DNA from: Camelus ferus
Lineage: Eukaryota
DNA: 64,000 nt
Assembly: GCF_009834535.1 (NCBI RefSeq)
Contig: NC_045696.1
Location: 111,478,001 to 111,542,000 of the forward strand
Reading direction: 5' to 3'
The number at the start of each line of letters is the position of its first letter. The stretch's first letter is position 1. A program made the translations under genes and the position numbers. Below, in pieces: positions 25,528-38,121 of this stretch. The notes beneath the pieces are model-generated. The model ran no database searches and was not told the DNA's origin. It was given only the letters and a program-made list of their open reading frames with translations.

Positions 25528-26015
25528 TGTTTCAGTTAAGAATGCCATGTAACAAACTACCCTGCACTTATTATACCTCGTGATTCTGTGGGTCCAGGAT
25601 GTGGGCAGGGCTTGGCCAGGCTATTCTGCTCCTTGGCCATTGACTGGGTCACTCAGTGGTACTCAGGGGGTAGCTGTGCTGGTCTGGAGAATCCAAGGCG
25701 GCGTCACCTACATGCTGTGTGCTGGGCAGGCATGGCTGCTAGTCTGGGCTCAGCTGGGGCTGTTGGCAGGAGCGAGAAATGCAGCATTTTCAACAAGGCA
25801 GTCTCAGGGAAGCTGCATGGCCTTGGGCCTTTTCTGATTTAGTCTTGGAGGTCTCACAGGGTCACTTGACAAGACAGCCATAGGCCAGCCCAGATTCTAG
25901 AGGAGGAGAATTAGACACCACCTGTCGATGAGAGAGCCAAAGGGTCATGTTGTAGAAGAGCACACGTGGGGAGAGACTTAGCTGTGGCCATCTTTGGACA
26001 ATGACCCTGGCTACA
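25528..26015 (-). mobile_element. MaLR solo LTR (MLT1H-like)
   Basis: gtaacaaactaccc...tcgtgattctgtgggtccagga...ggccagcccagattctagagg...tgtggccatctttgga antisense MLT1 pattern. Confidence 0.8.
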
Positions 26016-26019
26016 AGAG

Positions 26020-26200
26020 CACAGAGTTGAAGGCAGATAGACCTGAGTTCAAATCCCACCTTCTTCTCTTCCTTCTTAATTGTGCAACTCCTGGAAAGTT
26101 ACATAATCTCCCAGGGCTTGTTTCTTGTCCTGTGAAATGAGCTAAAAATAAATTGCTACCTTTCACAGTCCAACGATTAAATTAAAGATATATTAAATAA
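26020..26200 (+). mobile_element. MIR fragment
   Basis: agatagacctgagttcaaatccc...ctggaaagttacataatctccc...tgtttcttgtcctgtgaaatg. Confidence 0.7.
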
Positions 26201-26896
26201 ATATACACAAAAGAGCATGACTGTAGCAAACACTCACATCTGCACATTTTTCTCTCTCTCCTCTTGAGAACCCGGGATACAACAAACCTCAGTGATCCTC
26301 ACAAGGCGGAGGACCCGCTGCTTTCTTATGTCTGCCGCTGCCTTGTAGCTGACTCACGTCTACCTCATTCTCTCTTTTAATCTCACTTTGTTTTCTTCAC
26401 ATCTTCTCAGCACCTCATCACCGGGGATGCTGACAGAACAGATTATTCATTACAAACAAGCCCAAGCAAACACCTCCGTTTCCTCAGAATCCTGCCAGTG
26501 ATCTTGGGCCAACAGAAAAAAGTACTATTCAAGAGCTCATACACAGAATGAAGAATCTGTTTATCCCCTGACAGAGAGCAAAATTTCAGAGCCATTCCTG
26601 TCTAACCCAACACAAATTCCAAATATATGAATGTATATTCGAAAAGTATACATGAGGATGTTTGTTTTCCAGGATGCGGTGAAAGGACAAATTCCACTTT
26701 CAATGCTGAATGTAATGATTGAATTATAGTATAAGTGTTTATGTAAAATTTCAAATCCAAGCCTTAAAAAGAATGGACAGCAACCTTGTGAGAGTAGGGT
26801 TTGAAATCTTGTGTAATAACACCATGCTCATTTACTTCTGTCGTATGTTGATGAAGTGCTTTCTTTTTATCCTGTTTTTCTTCCTTTTTCCCTCCT

Positions 26897-26898
26897 TT

Positions 26899-26953
<55 letters not shown>

Positions 26954-27034
26954 ATCTTTCTTTCTTTCTTTCTTTCTATCTTTCTTTCTTTCTTTCCTTC
27001 TTTCTTTCTTTCTTTCCTTCTTTCTTTCTTTCTT
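26897..27034. repeat. (TTTC)n compound tetranucleotide microsatellite
   Basis: About 34 units with tatc/cttc interruptions; explains the SFFL/KERK ORFs. Confidence 0.98.
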
Positions 27035-27345
27035 CCATTCTTCTTGCTTGTGACAATATGCCTCATTGTCAGTGATGTATTTCTAGTCACTCATTGTCTG
27101 GAACACATAAAACTGTGATGAAATACAAAATCTGGGCCAGCGCAGCATAGGGTAACCCCCGACTAGGTTTTCTTTGATTTGAATAAATAAAGCAAGGAGC
27201 AGAGCTGGCAGCAGGTCTCCTGCAGCCTGGCCCTCTGACTGTTCCGCCACACGGCGCAACCCAGAGTGGAATGGTGGAGATCAATGCAGCTGTCCCGGGA
27301 GAGGGCTGTGACGCTTTCCTGCTGTTACTCATGAAATAAGCTCAC

Positions 27346-27404
27346 CTTCACTGATGATGCTTTTTGCTGGAGTCCTGAAGCTGCATTCAGTTACTTTGAA
27401 GAAA
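27346..27404 (-). other. Candidate 59-nt minus-strand exon
   Basis: Minus strand reads ttgtcagttttctctag|TTTCTTC...AGTGAAG|gtgagc, in a unique, locally CpG-richer segment (27100-27610). Confidence 0.3.
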
Positions 27405-28489
27405 CTAGAGAAAACTGACAAGGACAGTGGCCCTAGACATCGAGCCTCATTCTTCACAAAATAGCATGAGCTCTAAACAGTAATCAGATCAAAAGATGAC
27501 TTCACCGCTGGGGGTATCAAGCCCGGAAATGCCCGGTGCAATCGAGAACGTCACCTAGCAGGGCCCTCTGGGGCACATGCCGTGAGCGGTCCTGTAAGCA
27601 TAGCCGGTCTCTGCTCTCTTTGTGTTCTGTTTCTAAGAAAGGCAGTGGTAACCACAGTCAATTCAATGGCTTGTTTGCATTTTTGTCCCATCAAAGGGTG
27701 TTGACAGTTCTGTTTGGGCAGACATGCTGTGGCCTCAGACAGACCGAGAATAATTGGAAGCTAATTTACCATGGAAATCTTAATGATATTTGAAATCACA
27801 GATGAGTGCCAGGGGGATAATGGGAGGAATACTCAGGCAGGCAGGCAGGCATATCACCAGCGACAGTCATAGTTTTTCCCTTGTGAGCTGTCACTCTCCC
27901 CGTCAGATGAAGTTCCTGTGCCCAAATTCTTCCAAAGTGAAGGATGCTTTTTTTTTTTTTAAACTAAGTTCATTTGAATTGCACATGCATATGGAAAAGG
28001 AATTATGTAGAACTGGACAACAGGAACACTTTTCTCTGCCTTTTGTTCTCCAGGTTTGGTCTTTAGCCTTTATGAATGTGTTTAAGTGACGGTCCCGTCT
28101 GCTTGCAAATTTCATCGACTCGTTGGCTTAGAAGCACCACAAAAGCTGGGTTGGTACAGATATGAGCTTCTTGCTGCTTCCTTGTCTTTCTTATTTCAAC
28201 ACAGAGGCAGGTCTTGGATTCCTCCAAGCTGTACTGGTGGCCAGCAGAATGGAGACCAGACCCAAGGCCTCCTCCTTCATTTGTTCCTTGTGGATTCTCC
28301 ATTATAATGACTCCACAGTAAATCCATTCACTCTGAAAAGTTGGAACTGTTGGACGAAGTCCAGATGTGAGTTTCTGAGGGGTTTTATGCTGTATGAGTT
28401 CAGCTTTTCCATTAAGCAGAAGCTAAGATGCTCAGTAAGTACTAACTACTGGTGTAGGAGAGAGAATTTGCTCAATATGGCAGTATTGT

Positions 28490-28720
28490 CAACTGGTTAA
28501 GGGCTGAGGCTCTCAGCTTGGCCTGCCTGAGTCCAAATCGGGGTTCTCCAGCTTCCTAGTAACTGACAAGCTGTGTCATCTCTCTTGCCTCAATTTCTTT
28601 ATCTGTAAAATGAGGGTAATAATATTGCCTTGTGGAGTTATTGAGAGCATTGAATGAAAATGCTTTAAAAAATCTTGTCCAAATGCATGGCACATGGTAT
28701 GTGCTCAATAATCTTTTTTA
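28490..28720 (+). mobile_element. MIR SINE
   Basis: gcctcaatttctttatctgtaaaatgagggtaataat...tggcacatggtatgtgctcaataa. Confidence 0.85.
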
Positions 28721-30119
28721 TTATGAAGTGGGTACACGGTGCGTTTTGTGGGATGTGACAAATACATGTGCACTTTACATAAGATTTGAAAACAGAAAAC
28801 GAGTGTCTTCGGTTACTAAATACCAGGAAAAGGTTGTGTCGGGATTGGAAGGGCAAGGTGGGTGACGGCAGGGTAAATGCAAGAGTGTGACCCAACCTCA
28901 GATGAGCTCAGCCAGGTACATTACGGGCCTGTTGCCAGACATCACCATTAAACCAGTGCCCTGAGGTCCCTGGAGGAGATGTGTGACTCACAAAAGGGAC
29001 ACATGAAAGCAGCACCCCAAAAATGTGCAGAAGTCTCCAAAGGCTCAGAACCAATCCAGGAGGACACAGCCCACCACAGGGAAGTCCTGCCTGGTCAGAG
29101 ACCTCCATGCAACGCTTGGTGCATCCATCATCCAGGTAGGTTAAACCAAGAGTCTTGCAACCAGCAATGTCTTCCTGAAAAGGGCATGTTTCATATCCTC
29201 CAGTGCACATGCATGAAGTCCTTCTGCCAGGTGTGGCATTGGGGATGCGGCTGGGGGAGAAGGGCTTCTCCTGAGCTTCCCTAAGGGGAGAGGGGGAGGA
29301 TATATTTTGCCTTAACATTAAGGATAAAACAAGCTTATCAAAGACATCAGGGCGAATTGCCACGTAATGATGCAATGCTATGAGACGCATTTAAGTTTCT
29401 TTACTACTTCTATTGACTCATCAAAAGAAATTAAAAGAAAATAAAAGTAATTCTTAGCTACCTTGTCTAGGCAACTGATGGTTACGAGGACTTCCCATAG
29501 ATGTTTCCTTAGCTTTTACCCCATCTACAATTTGTATAATGTTTATGTTCTTTTGGAGACCATGATGACATTATTAAGCTGTGCCTACTAGAATATATGT
29601 GCTCAGATTTTTCTAAATGAATGCTAGCTAAAAGCCACAGCAGTAAAGAACGGAAGACAAATAGCTTATCTGTTTTGTTTACACTTTTATTTCTAAAGCT
29701 AAAGTTTAAATCTACCAAACTATTTTTATCACAGGCCTTTTGAATCTGAAAAACTGTATTCTCTAGTGTTATACCAGAGCCCTACAACCAAGGTAATAGA
29801 TTATTTCCAAGTGGTAATAATATTGCTGATAATAGTAGTCCTTAATCTGACAAATAATTGGCTTTGCAGCCAGAAATGGATAACAGAGCACCACGCTAAA
29901 AGGCAAAATTGTTCTTTTTTCCCTGCTGTGGATATTAGGGGTATTTCTTTAGTCATGTACAACAATGCACAAATCACTAATTTTAGGATTCCCTTAAGAG
30001 AGAGTCTCCATTATTGAAATCTCTGCTGAGAAGTTGCCTACCTAACCGATGATTCAGAATTGGATTTAGTTTCTCGAATTGTAAAGGAGTTCTACTCAAG
30101 ACCGACCTCTTCTATATCT

Positions 30120-30555
30120 TCCAGTGCCCTTCACCTGCCTGCCTTTCTAGCCCCATATCTCACATTTCTGCTCCTTGGAGTTCCCACTTCGCCATCTTGC
30201 CTCCTGGAGGGTTCCTGGGACATGTGATGCTCACTTGCGCTGAGGCCTGGGCGTGCGTTCCCTCTTTCTGCATCACCTGCTCCCATCGCACACCCCTCAC
30301 TGGTGCGGAAGCCTTCCCTTCGCCCCCTAGACCAGAGGTCCTGGCTTTATACTTTTACACAACTTCACATGTCTACACTACACACTGATTCACTTGTGTA
30401 ATTATGTTACCACTTGTCTCCCCTGTAAGTCTGAGTGCTTTATGAGAAAATGGATTTTATCTGTTTAGTTGATGGTTGTAGATACAGCATCTAACATGGT
30501 ACTTGATGCACATAATACTACTAGCTTAATAAATACCAGTTCAATGAATAAATAT
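30120..30555 (+). mobile_element. LINE-2 3' fragment
   Basis: C/T-rich body ending cttaataaataccagttcaatgaataaat. Confidence 0.65.
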
Positions 30556-30638
30556 CTTTCATTTTTTTGGAAAAGTAATCAACAGTCTGGTGTTTTCCCA
30601 GATTGGAAGCCAACCAATGCCATCTAACTTCCACCAGC

Positions 30639-31073
30639 CGCACCCCACAGGCCTATGAGGTCTGTACTTGCACAGCTCCAAGACCAAAGAAACAGCCCAG
30701 AGTCGGCGACAGGAACATCACTGGTTTAATGAATGGGAGATCTTACATGTCTGACTTGTGGACAGCAGGCAGGACATGGCAACAGTCTCTGCTCCCGACG
30801 GGAGGGGAAGGTTAGCCGTTAGAGGGGGAGCTGATATCAGGTTAGCACATTGGTTACCAGGGAAACCAGCAGAGGGGCACGCCCTGTACTGCCTCTTTTG
30901 TAAGCAGAGTGGAAAGTTCTGATCTAAAGTTAGAACAGTCAGCAGCTGGGGTCTGGGCCAAGTATGGGTAGGGAGGTCCGTGATGTGAGTAGGCGTGGGT
31001 GAAGCAGCCAGTGGTCGAGCAGGGAAGGTACAGAGAGCAAGAGAACAGCCATCTAGAGTGGCCTGACCAGACA
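30639..31073 (-). mobile_element. Solo LTR, probably ERVL class
   Basis: Ends ...gtggcctgaccagaca; ATTAAA on the minus strand near 30725; 5-bp TSD ccagc (30634-30638 / 31074-31078). Confidence 0.7.
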
Positions 31074-32281
31074 CCAGCCTTAGCAAGAAGTGAACGGACT
31101 ACAAATTAACGTCCAACCGTCCTGTGAAGTAATATATCATGTACACCCAACTTTATCTCTCCTGCTAAAAGCATCTTTGTTTGATGATGCGAGTTGGGTG
31201 GGGCCACGAAGTCAGGATTCTCAGCAGCCTATTTCAAGCAGAGCACTAATAGAATCAGCTGTTCTGTGGGTTATAAACTTCTGTAATAACGTTTACCACA
31301 GGTAGAATGTAACACTGAGATGGACAGAGAAGGATCATTTGAGCTGATGATCTGGGCACTGAGACTCTGGGGAACCCTTAGTGCAAAATCCATCAAAGTC
31401 CCTGGGAAAAGGGAAGGTATTCTGCCGCCAACAACTATCCATCCATCCCCATGGCTACTAAAGCATCTTCTACAAGTAGTAGAAGTTGTCAATCCATGAT
31501 CCATCATTTTTGGTAGACCTGCCTCCTCACGCAACTTCTGTTGTGTGCATGAAAAACCTTCATTAAGCTCACCCCCTACACACACGTACACAAAATTTTC
31601 CCATTTCTTAAAATAGCTGTCAAACTCCTCTGTACCCTTTTCTCCTACCGCAAAAGGAGACTAACACCCACTAACCGTAAAGGAATATTTCTAAAGTACA
31701 ATGAGTCAAAAGAATGAGAAATTACATGCACATATTATTATAGAAATGTCTGAAATGATTAAGAAGGAATTCATTTCAGCTTCACAAATCTTCGCAGCTT
31801 TCCAACATTGTGGAAAAGTGAACAGAAATAAAATACTTTATGACATTTCTCAGAAAGTAAAAGAGAGAAATATAAATTTCAAAGAAGCAAGAAAGTGTCA
31901 CCAAGAAAAATGTAGAGCAAAAGATTTAAAATAGAACTCCTGAAGCTTAAAAACAAACCCTTTGTGTGCCTTGGTAACAGTACTGATCGTATTCAAAATG
32001 ATTAATAATGGAGTCAGCACTCAAAGAATGTAAATGCCAAGCCAGGTATTCATGGGGAATGTTGCATATTACCGGAGCCACAACTTTGAATGTTTCTTTT
32101 TAAGAATAAAGCCATACAAGTAAATCACTTCTGGGTCTTAGTCAAGATAATTTTTCTCTCTTCTGCTTATTCTTGATTTTGTTTGGTGTAAGCAATGCAA
32201 AAATGAAGTCTCACACTATTAAATTTTGTCTTCCTTTTGCTTTGCTGAATTTGTTGTCTCTTTTTGGTTAATACATAATTT

Positions 32282-32404
32282 TTGTTTGTTTTATTTTGAT
32301 GGAGGGAGGCAATTATGTTTACTTATTTATTTGTTTTTAGAGGAAGTACTGGGCATTGAACCCAGGACCTCATGCATGTTAAGCTTGAGCTATATCCTCC
32401 CCCC
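32282..32404 (-). mobile_element. tRNA-derived camelid SINE (Vic-1-like)
   Basis: Minus strand ggggggaggatatagctcaa...gcatgaggtcctgggttcaatgcccagtac (A-box remnant, B-box) and A-rich tail; 16-bp TSD ggttaatacataattt (32266-32281) / gattaatacataattt (32405-32420). Confidence 0.92.
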
Positions 32405-32896
32405 GATTAATACATAATTTAGTTCAAATCTTCACATAGACAATTTTCAAAGTGTGCTTTTTGGCTCCTTAGATGTCTGAATCAAATACTTTGACAGCAT
32501 CTTAAAAACCAAATCATGGGTTTGAGATTTCAACCTACAGTACAAATTGAGCCAGTAAACCATGGGCTGTCTGCTCATATTTATCTAATGGGGCAGAATC
32601 ATCAATCACAGGGAATTATTCGTTTTCTTGAAACAAGTTATGCAAGCAAGAATGTCCCATTTTGGGTATGACAAGAGTCACACTGAACTTAGCATTCCCA
32701 AACCTAGGCTAGGAGACAGGTTGTTGGCCAGGTTCCTACTTTGTATTTGAGTCACAGATTTTCCCATCTGGTCATAATCAAGTTCCCCATAGACACAGGG
32801 AAAGACTTTGATTTCCAGGCAAAGAGCTGGCTTGTCTTTCTGGCCAATCTCTGTCTTTATCCTTGGTCAGAGGTTCTTGAAGAACTTATTCATCTG

Positions 32897-33848
32897 TTTT
32901 GTTTTTTGGTTTTTTGGGTTTTTTTGGTTTTTTTTTTTTTTTTTTTTGGTATTGAGTTGTATGAGCTGTTTATATATTCTGGAAATTAAGCCCTTGTCAG
33001 TCACATCATTTGCAAATATTTTCTCACATTCCGTAGACTCTTTGTTTTGTTTATAATTTCCTTTTCTGTGCAAAAGCTTCTAAGTTTAATTAGGTCCCAT
33101 TTGTTTACTTTTGCTTTTATTTCTATCGCCTGCATAGACTGCCCTGGGAGCACATTGCTGAGATTTATGTCAGAGAATGTTTTGTTTATGCTTTCTTCTG
33201 GGAGATTTATGGTGTCCTGTCTTATGTTTAAGTCTTTAAGCCATTTTGAGTTTATTTTTGTGTATGGTGTGAGGGAGTGTTCTAACTTTTACATATGGCT
33301 GTCCTGCTTTCCCAATACCAGTTGCTAAAGACACTGTCTTTTCTCCTTTGTATATTCTTGCATCCTTTGTTAGCAATTAATTAACCATAGATCTGTGGGT
33401 TTATCTCTGGGCTCTCTAGTCTGTTGCATTGACCCATATGTCTGTTTTTGTACCAATGCCATGCTGTTTTGATTACTGTAGCTCTGTAGTATTGTCTGAA
33501 GTCTGGGAGGGTTATTCCTCCAGCCTCATTCTTTTTCCTCAGGATTGTTTTGGCAATTCTGGGTCCTTTAAAATTCCATATAAATCTTAGGATTATTTAT
33601 TCTAATTCTGTGAAAAATGGCATAGGTGATTTGAAAGGGGTCACATTAAATCTGTAGATTGCTCCAACTATTTTAACAATATTAATTCTTCCAATCCAAG
33701 AGCATGGGATATTTTTCCATTTCTTTGAATCATCTTCAATTTCCCTTATCAATGTTTTATAGTTCTCAGCATATAAGTCTTTCACTTCCTTGGCCAGGTT
33801 TATCCCTAAGTATTTTTTATTGTAATTTTAAAGGAAATTTCTTTTTTC

Positions 33849-33881
<33 letters not shown>

Positions 33882-34016
33882 TTTTTTTTTGACTTTTCCT
33901 TTCTGATCTTTCATTGTTAGTGGAAAGAAATGCAACAGATTTCTGTATGGTAATCTTGCATCCTGCTACCTTACTGGATTCATTTTTCATCCTACTAGTT
34001 TTTGTGTGGAGTCTTT
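32897..34016 (-). mobile_element. LINE-1 ORF2 internal fragment (RT C-terminal region), truncated at both ends
   Basis: Minus-strand peptides [38 protein letters not shown] and EKIFANDVTDKGLISRIYKQL are L1 ORF2; frames broken. Confidence 0.96.
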
Positions 34017-34059
34017 CATATAAGGGAATTTACAAATAGCTATGCCCCAAAAATAAGAC

Positions 34060-34955
34060 GAATGAGATGAAATGGAGAATTGCTTGGAAATAATGAACAA
34101 AATATTTGAACATACATTTCACAAAAAATACGCAAATGTCCAAGACATATTGAAAATCAGCTTTATTAGTCACTAGGAAATACAAATTAAAACCACAATT
34201 AGATACCCCCCCACACCTATTAGAATGGCTGTAATAAGAAAAAGCAATAATCCAAAGTGTAAGCAGAGATGTGGAGAAGCTGGAACCTTCCTTTGCTGCT
34301 GGTGGGAAGGTAAAATGATGCCGTCACTTTGCAAAAACAGTCTGGCAATTTCTTATGAAGTTAAACATAAATTTAATCATATAACACAGCAGTTCCACTT
34401 TTGGGAACCCATCCAAGAGAAAGAAAAACATGTGTCCACACAACTATTTTTAAGTCAATTGTTCACAGCAATATTATTCAAAGTAGCCCCAAACTGGCAA
34501 CCATCCAAATGGCCACCAAATGGTGATTGATTAAATAGAGTGGTACATCCATGCAATGAAATATTATTTGACAATAAAAAGGAACAAAGTCCTGACACAT
34601 ACTACAGAAATGGATGAACCTCAAAAACGTTATAATTCATGGAAGAAGTCTGATCCAAAAGACTACATATTCTATGATTTCATCTATGTGAAATATCAAA
34701 AAAAAAAAACGGTAAATCTGTAGAGATAGGAAGCAGATCAATGGTTTTCTAGATGGGATTTTCTAGGTGGGATAGAGGATTATCTGCAAATGGGCAGGAG
34801 AAGAGATTTTGGGGACACTGCAAGTGTGGTAAAACTGGATCATGGCAATGTTTGCATAAACATAAATTTATCCCCCACCAAAAATCATTAAACTGAGTTG
34901 CACACTTACAAGGGGGAGAATTTTATAGTAGGTAAATTATATTCAATAAAGTTGT
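34060..34955 (+). mobile_element. Older L1 (L1MB/MC-like) ORF2 end + 3'UTR
   Basis: ggaaatacaaattaaaaccaca...cacctattagaatggct...tggatgaacctcaaaaacgttat...taaattatattcaataaagttg. Confidence 0.88.
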
Positions 34956-34989
34956 GAGTTATTTTTAATGGCTAATAAATAATATGAAA

Positions 34990-35700
34990 AATAAACATAC
35001 ATGGCTCTGGGTGAAAATGCAGGATCTCTTTATAAAGAGAAAATGCAAATTAAAAGTATATATGAGATACAGTTTTTACAACTCAGGTTTGCTAAGATTA
35101 AGGTTTGTAACACACCCGATTGCTAATGATATGGACAATAAGTACCTTTATTTATCGCTGGGAGCAATATTAATTTGGTATATCCTCTCTGGGGAGCAAT
35201 TTGTCTTTATCCATCAAAATTTAGAACTACATGTTCCTTGACTCAGTAATTAGATTTCTACTCCCACTGATGTGAAATAATGAATTTACATTATATTTGC
35301 TACAAGTAAAAAATTGCAAACAATCCAAAAGTCCATCATTAATAGTAGACTAAGATAAATTATACCATGACCATATAATTATATAATGTAACTATATAAT
35401 AGTAGGCTAATACAGTTATAAAAATATACAGCTCTATTTGAGCTATTAGGAAAAGATTTGCAATCTCTAGGGCTAAAAAGTAAAAGCAGGTCGGTGTACA
35501 GAGTAAGCTACCATGTGTGAAATATGAGTAAATATAAGGACATACAGTAAAATCATTAAAGATATGCTCTGCACTTGCCTTCAGGGAATAGAGATGAGTT
35601 CCTTAACAAAAAAACGGGGATGTGATAACAACTTTATTTTCACTGTCTACTCTTCTGTATTTTTGAAATTTTGTACCATGTTTAGAAAATCAAAAATAAT
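34990..35700 (+). mobile_element. Ancient L1 (L1ME-like) fragment
   Basis: aaatgcaaattaaaagtatatatgagatac...ttccttgactcagtaatt...ttgtaccatgt. Confidence 0.65.
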
Positions 35701-36639
35701 ACCACCATGGTAATTATCTTTAAAGGGGGGCTTGGAATAAGCTTAACAAGGATATGGAGAGCGAGTACGGGGCCCGTGCTAAATGGAATGGAACCTTTCC
35801 ATTCTAATTATTAAGCTAAAGCCTTGAGACGTTAAAATACTAGTTTACAAGTTCTTGCTTGTTGCTATAGAAATAGGTACAAATCTGACTTTAAAATACT
35901 TTTATTTGTGAGATATGTCTACTTAATTACCAAAAAAGTTATTCAATTTGAACTTGATTTTTTGTACGGTAGAAACCTTTTTTTTTAATCAATCATGGCA
36001 TTTTAAGGTAATTTTTAAAATTGGGAGTTTATTTTTCTATAATCCATGGCATTAAGAAGCAACAATTTCAAAATATTATTTGACACTGTTGGAAGTTTAG
36101 AGGGCAATTATTCTAAAAACTAAAAATAAGGGTCTGACACAAAATTTTGAGAAGAAAAATCATTTTATTCCTGCTCTCATATAATTAATAGTAATTCAGC
36201 ATTCTTAGAGCAAAGATTTCCGCTGGACAATCTCATATAGACACATGTTCCTTATCATACCTTATTTCACATAAATATTTTTAGGTCTTTTAAGCCTTTT
36301 ATGGTAGCTCTTTTTTTTTTTTTTTTTGCCTGAGATTTTGTACTTTGGTGTCAATGCTATCCCTTCCATTAGTTTTAATATATCTCCTCAAAACTTGAAA
36401 ATTTCTGAAGAGTTTAACAAAACATCCATAGTTGCAATACAAATGAGCTGAAGACTGTCAGAGAAAATAAAATGTCGAAAAACTCACACAGAGTAGACAG
36501 GAAGAAAAGCTGATCTCACCATCTCCCCATGTCCTTTTTTAACCAAAGAAGTCTCTGAAAGATCTAAGACTAACCACTGACTCCAGATGCCAAATGTTTT
36601 CCTCTTTTAAATACAGCCAAATTTAGTTAGAACTTTTTC

Positions 36640-37075
36640 CTGTATCATTTAGCAAACATTATATGTCAGAGACAGTCTGCTTAGCATTAAAGATGGAAAA
36701 ACAAGGAAGTCCCAGTTGGAACCTGCCAGGAGTACAGAGTCCAATAGGGGAGACAACCATGCGTACACATAACTATAATAACATGCTATTTGAGCAGCGA
36801 TAGACGTGTATTACCAGGTAGAAGCCACTGCAAATGAAGAGGTGATTCATTCCGGAAGGAAAGGGAAGGTGCTTGCATAGGAGCGATGATGAGTGAATAG
36901 GTTTTAAAAGATGAGTAGAAATTTGTTAGGTACTCAGTGCAGAAAGGTACTCCTGACAGCAGGCAGGGAACTGTGAACCAGGATGACATGTTAAGGGAAA
37001 TATCAAGGAGTGAGGGATTGAGGAAAAATAAACCTGAGGGCTGGAAGGTATGGTGGCAGAGATGGGAGAAGAAAG
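36640..37075 (-). mobile_element. LINE-2 fragment
   Basis: tcatttagcaaacatt...tatgtcagagaca...gggggagaca...ttttaaaagatgagtagaaattt antisense L2 3' region. Confidence 0.65.
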
Positions 37076-37199
37076 TTAACCCCCCATCAGGTCTATTATC
37101 ATAGTTTCTCCTCACTCATCTAAGAATTTGTGTTATAAACCCGGGAGAATTTTACAGGACTTGGGGAAATTCAACTATTATACTTATAGATAGCTTATA

Positions 37200-37500
37200 G
37201 ACTGTAAATTAACATACAAACATTCCTTGCAGCATTGTTTGCAGGGGCAAAAGTACGGAAACCACCTAGATGCTCAACATTTTGAGTCAGATTAAAATAA
37301 ATTATGATAGCTCTATGAAATGTAACAATATGAAATTATTTTGAAAACTAAGGGAGTGCTACATGTTTTTAAATGGTTCTTAGCCCAGGATACAAACATT
37401 CAGTGAAATAACAAAAAACAAGGGGCTAAGCATTTTGCGGGGGATTTTTAAGCGTTGAGTGTACATTGTTAGATTATGATCTATTAAGCACATAATGGTT
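37200..37500 (+). mobile_element. Old L1 3'UTR fragment
   Basis: ttgcagcattgtttgcaggggcaaaagtacggaaaccacctagatgctcaaca...aataaattatgata. Confidence 0.65.
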
Positions 37501-38121
37501 ATCAGTTTTTAAAAAACTGAGTGGAACTCATTATGTTTCCTCATTTGCTCTTCCATCTGTGAAAGTGAACACGCTAAGACTAATCAGGACAGCGGGAGGA
37601 TGAGAGATGGAGCAGTAGACAGAAATTCATAGGCAATTATAGGTTCTCTCACAGAATCTAACATGGTCAGAGAAACACTGCATGCAATACTTCAGCTAGA
37701 GTTTTTCACCAGCACACTGCTCTTTTGATCAACAAATAAAATCTTTTTCATTTCTTTTGGGCATAAGCACAGTTGTCATGATTTGGGGCCAGAGGCAGAG
37801 GCATGGGGACCCTTCATTGGGAGCTCGCGTGTCTGCTGGAACACAAGGACTCCGTCTTCCAAACATTCAAGTGACATCAGGGCAGCAAGCAGTTCCATTT
37901 AACAACAGCTTGGTGCTAAAGGGGGTCAAAATAAAAATGTGGAAGTTTTATAGATGCTGCCAGACACTGCTGCCTTGTAAACATGATTCTGTTGCAGTTG
38001 CTTCTTCCATGACAGGTGTCATTTTGAATTTTGTGAAATTTACACTAACATTTGATATCTCTCTTTTACCAAAAAAGTTGAGTCCACTGTTTAAACTCAT
38101 CATCCTAGCCCTCAACATTAT

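Noticed and set aside
26719..27090. SFFL- and KERK-rich ORFs
   Set aside because: They are translations of the (TTTC)n microsatellite.
32340..32404. tRNA gene
   Set aside because: It is a SINE head with a deleted D-arm, an A-rich tail and a TSD.
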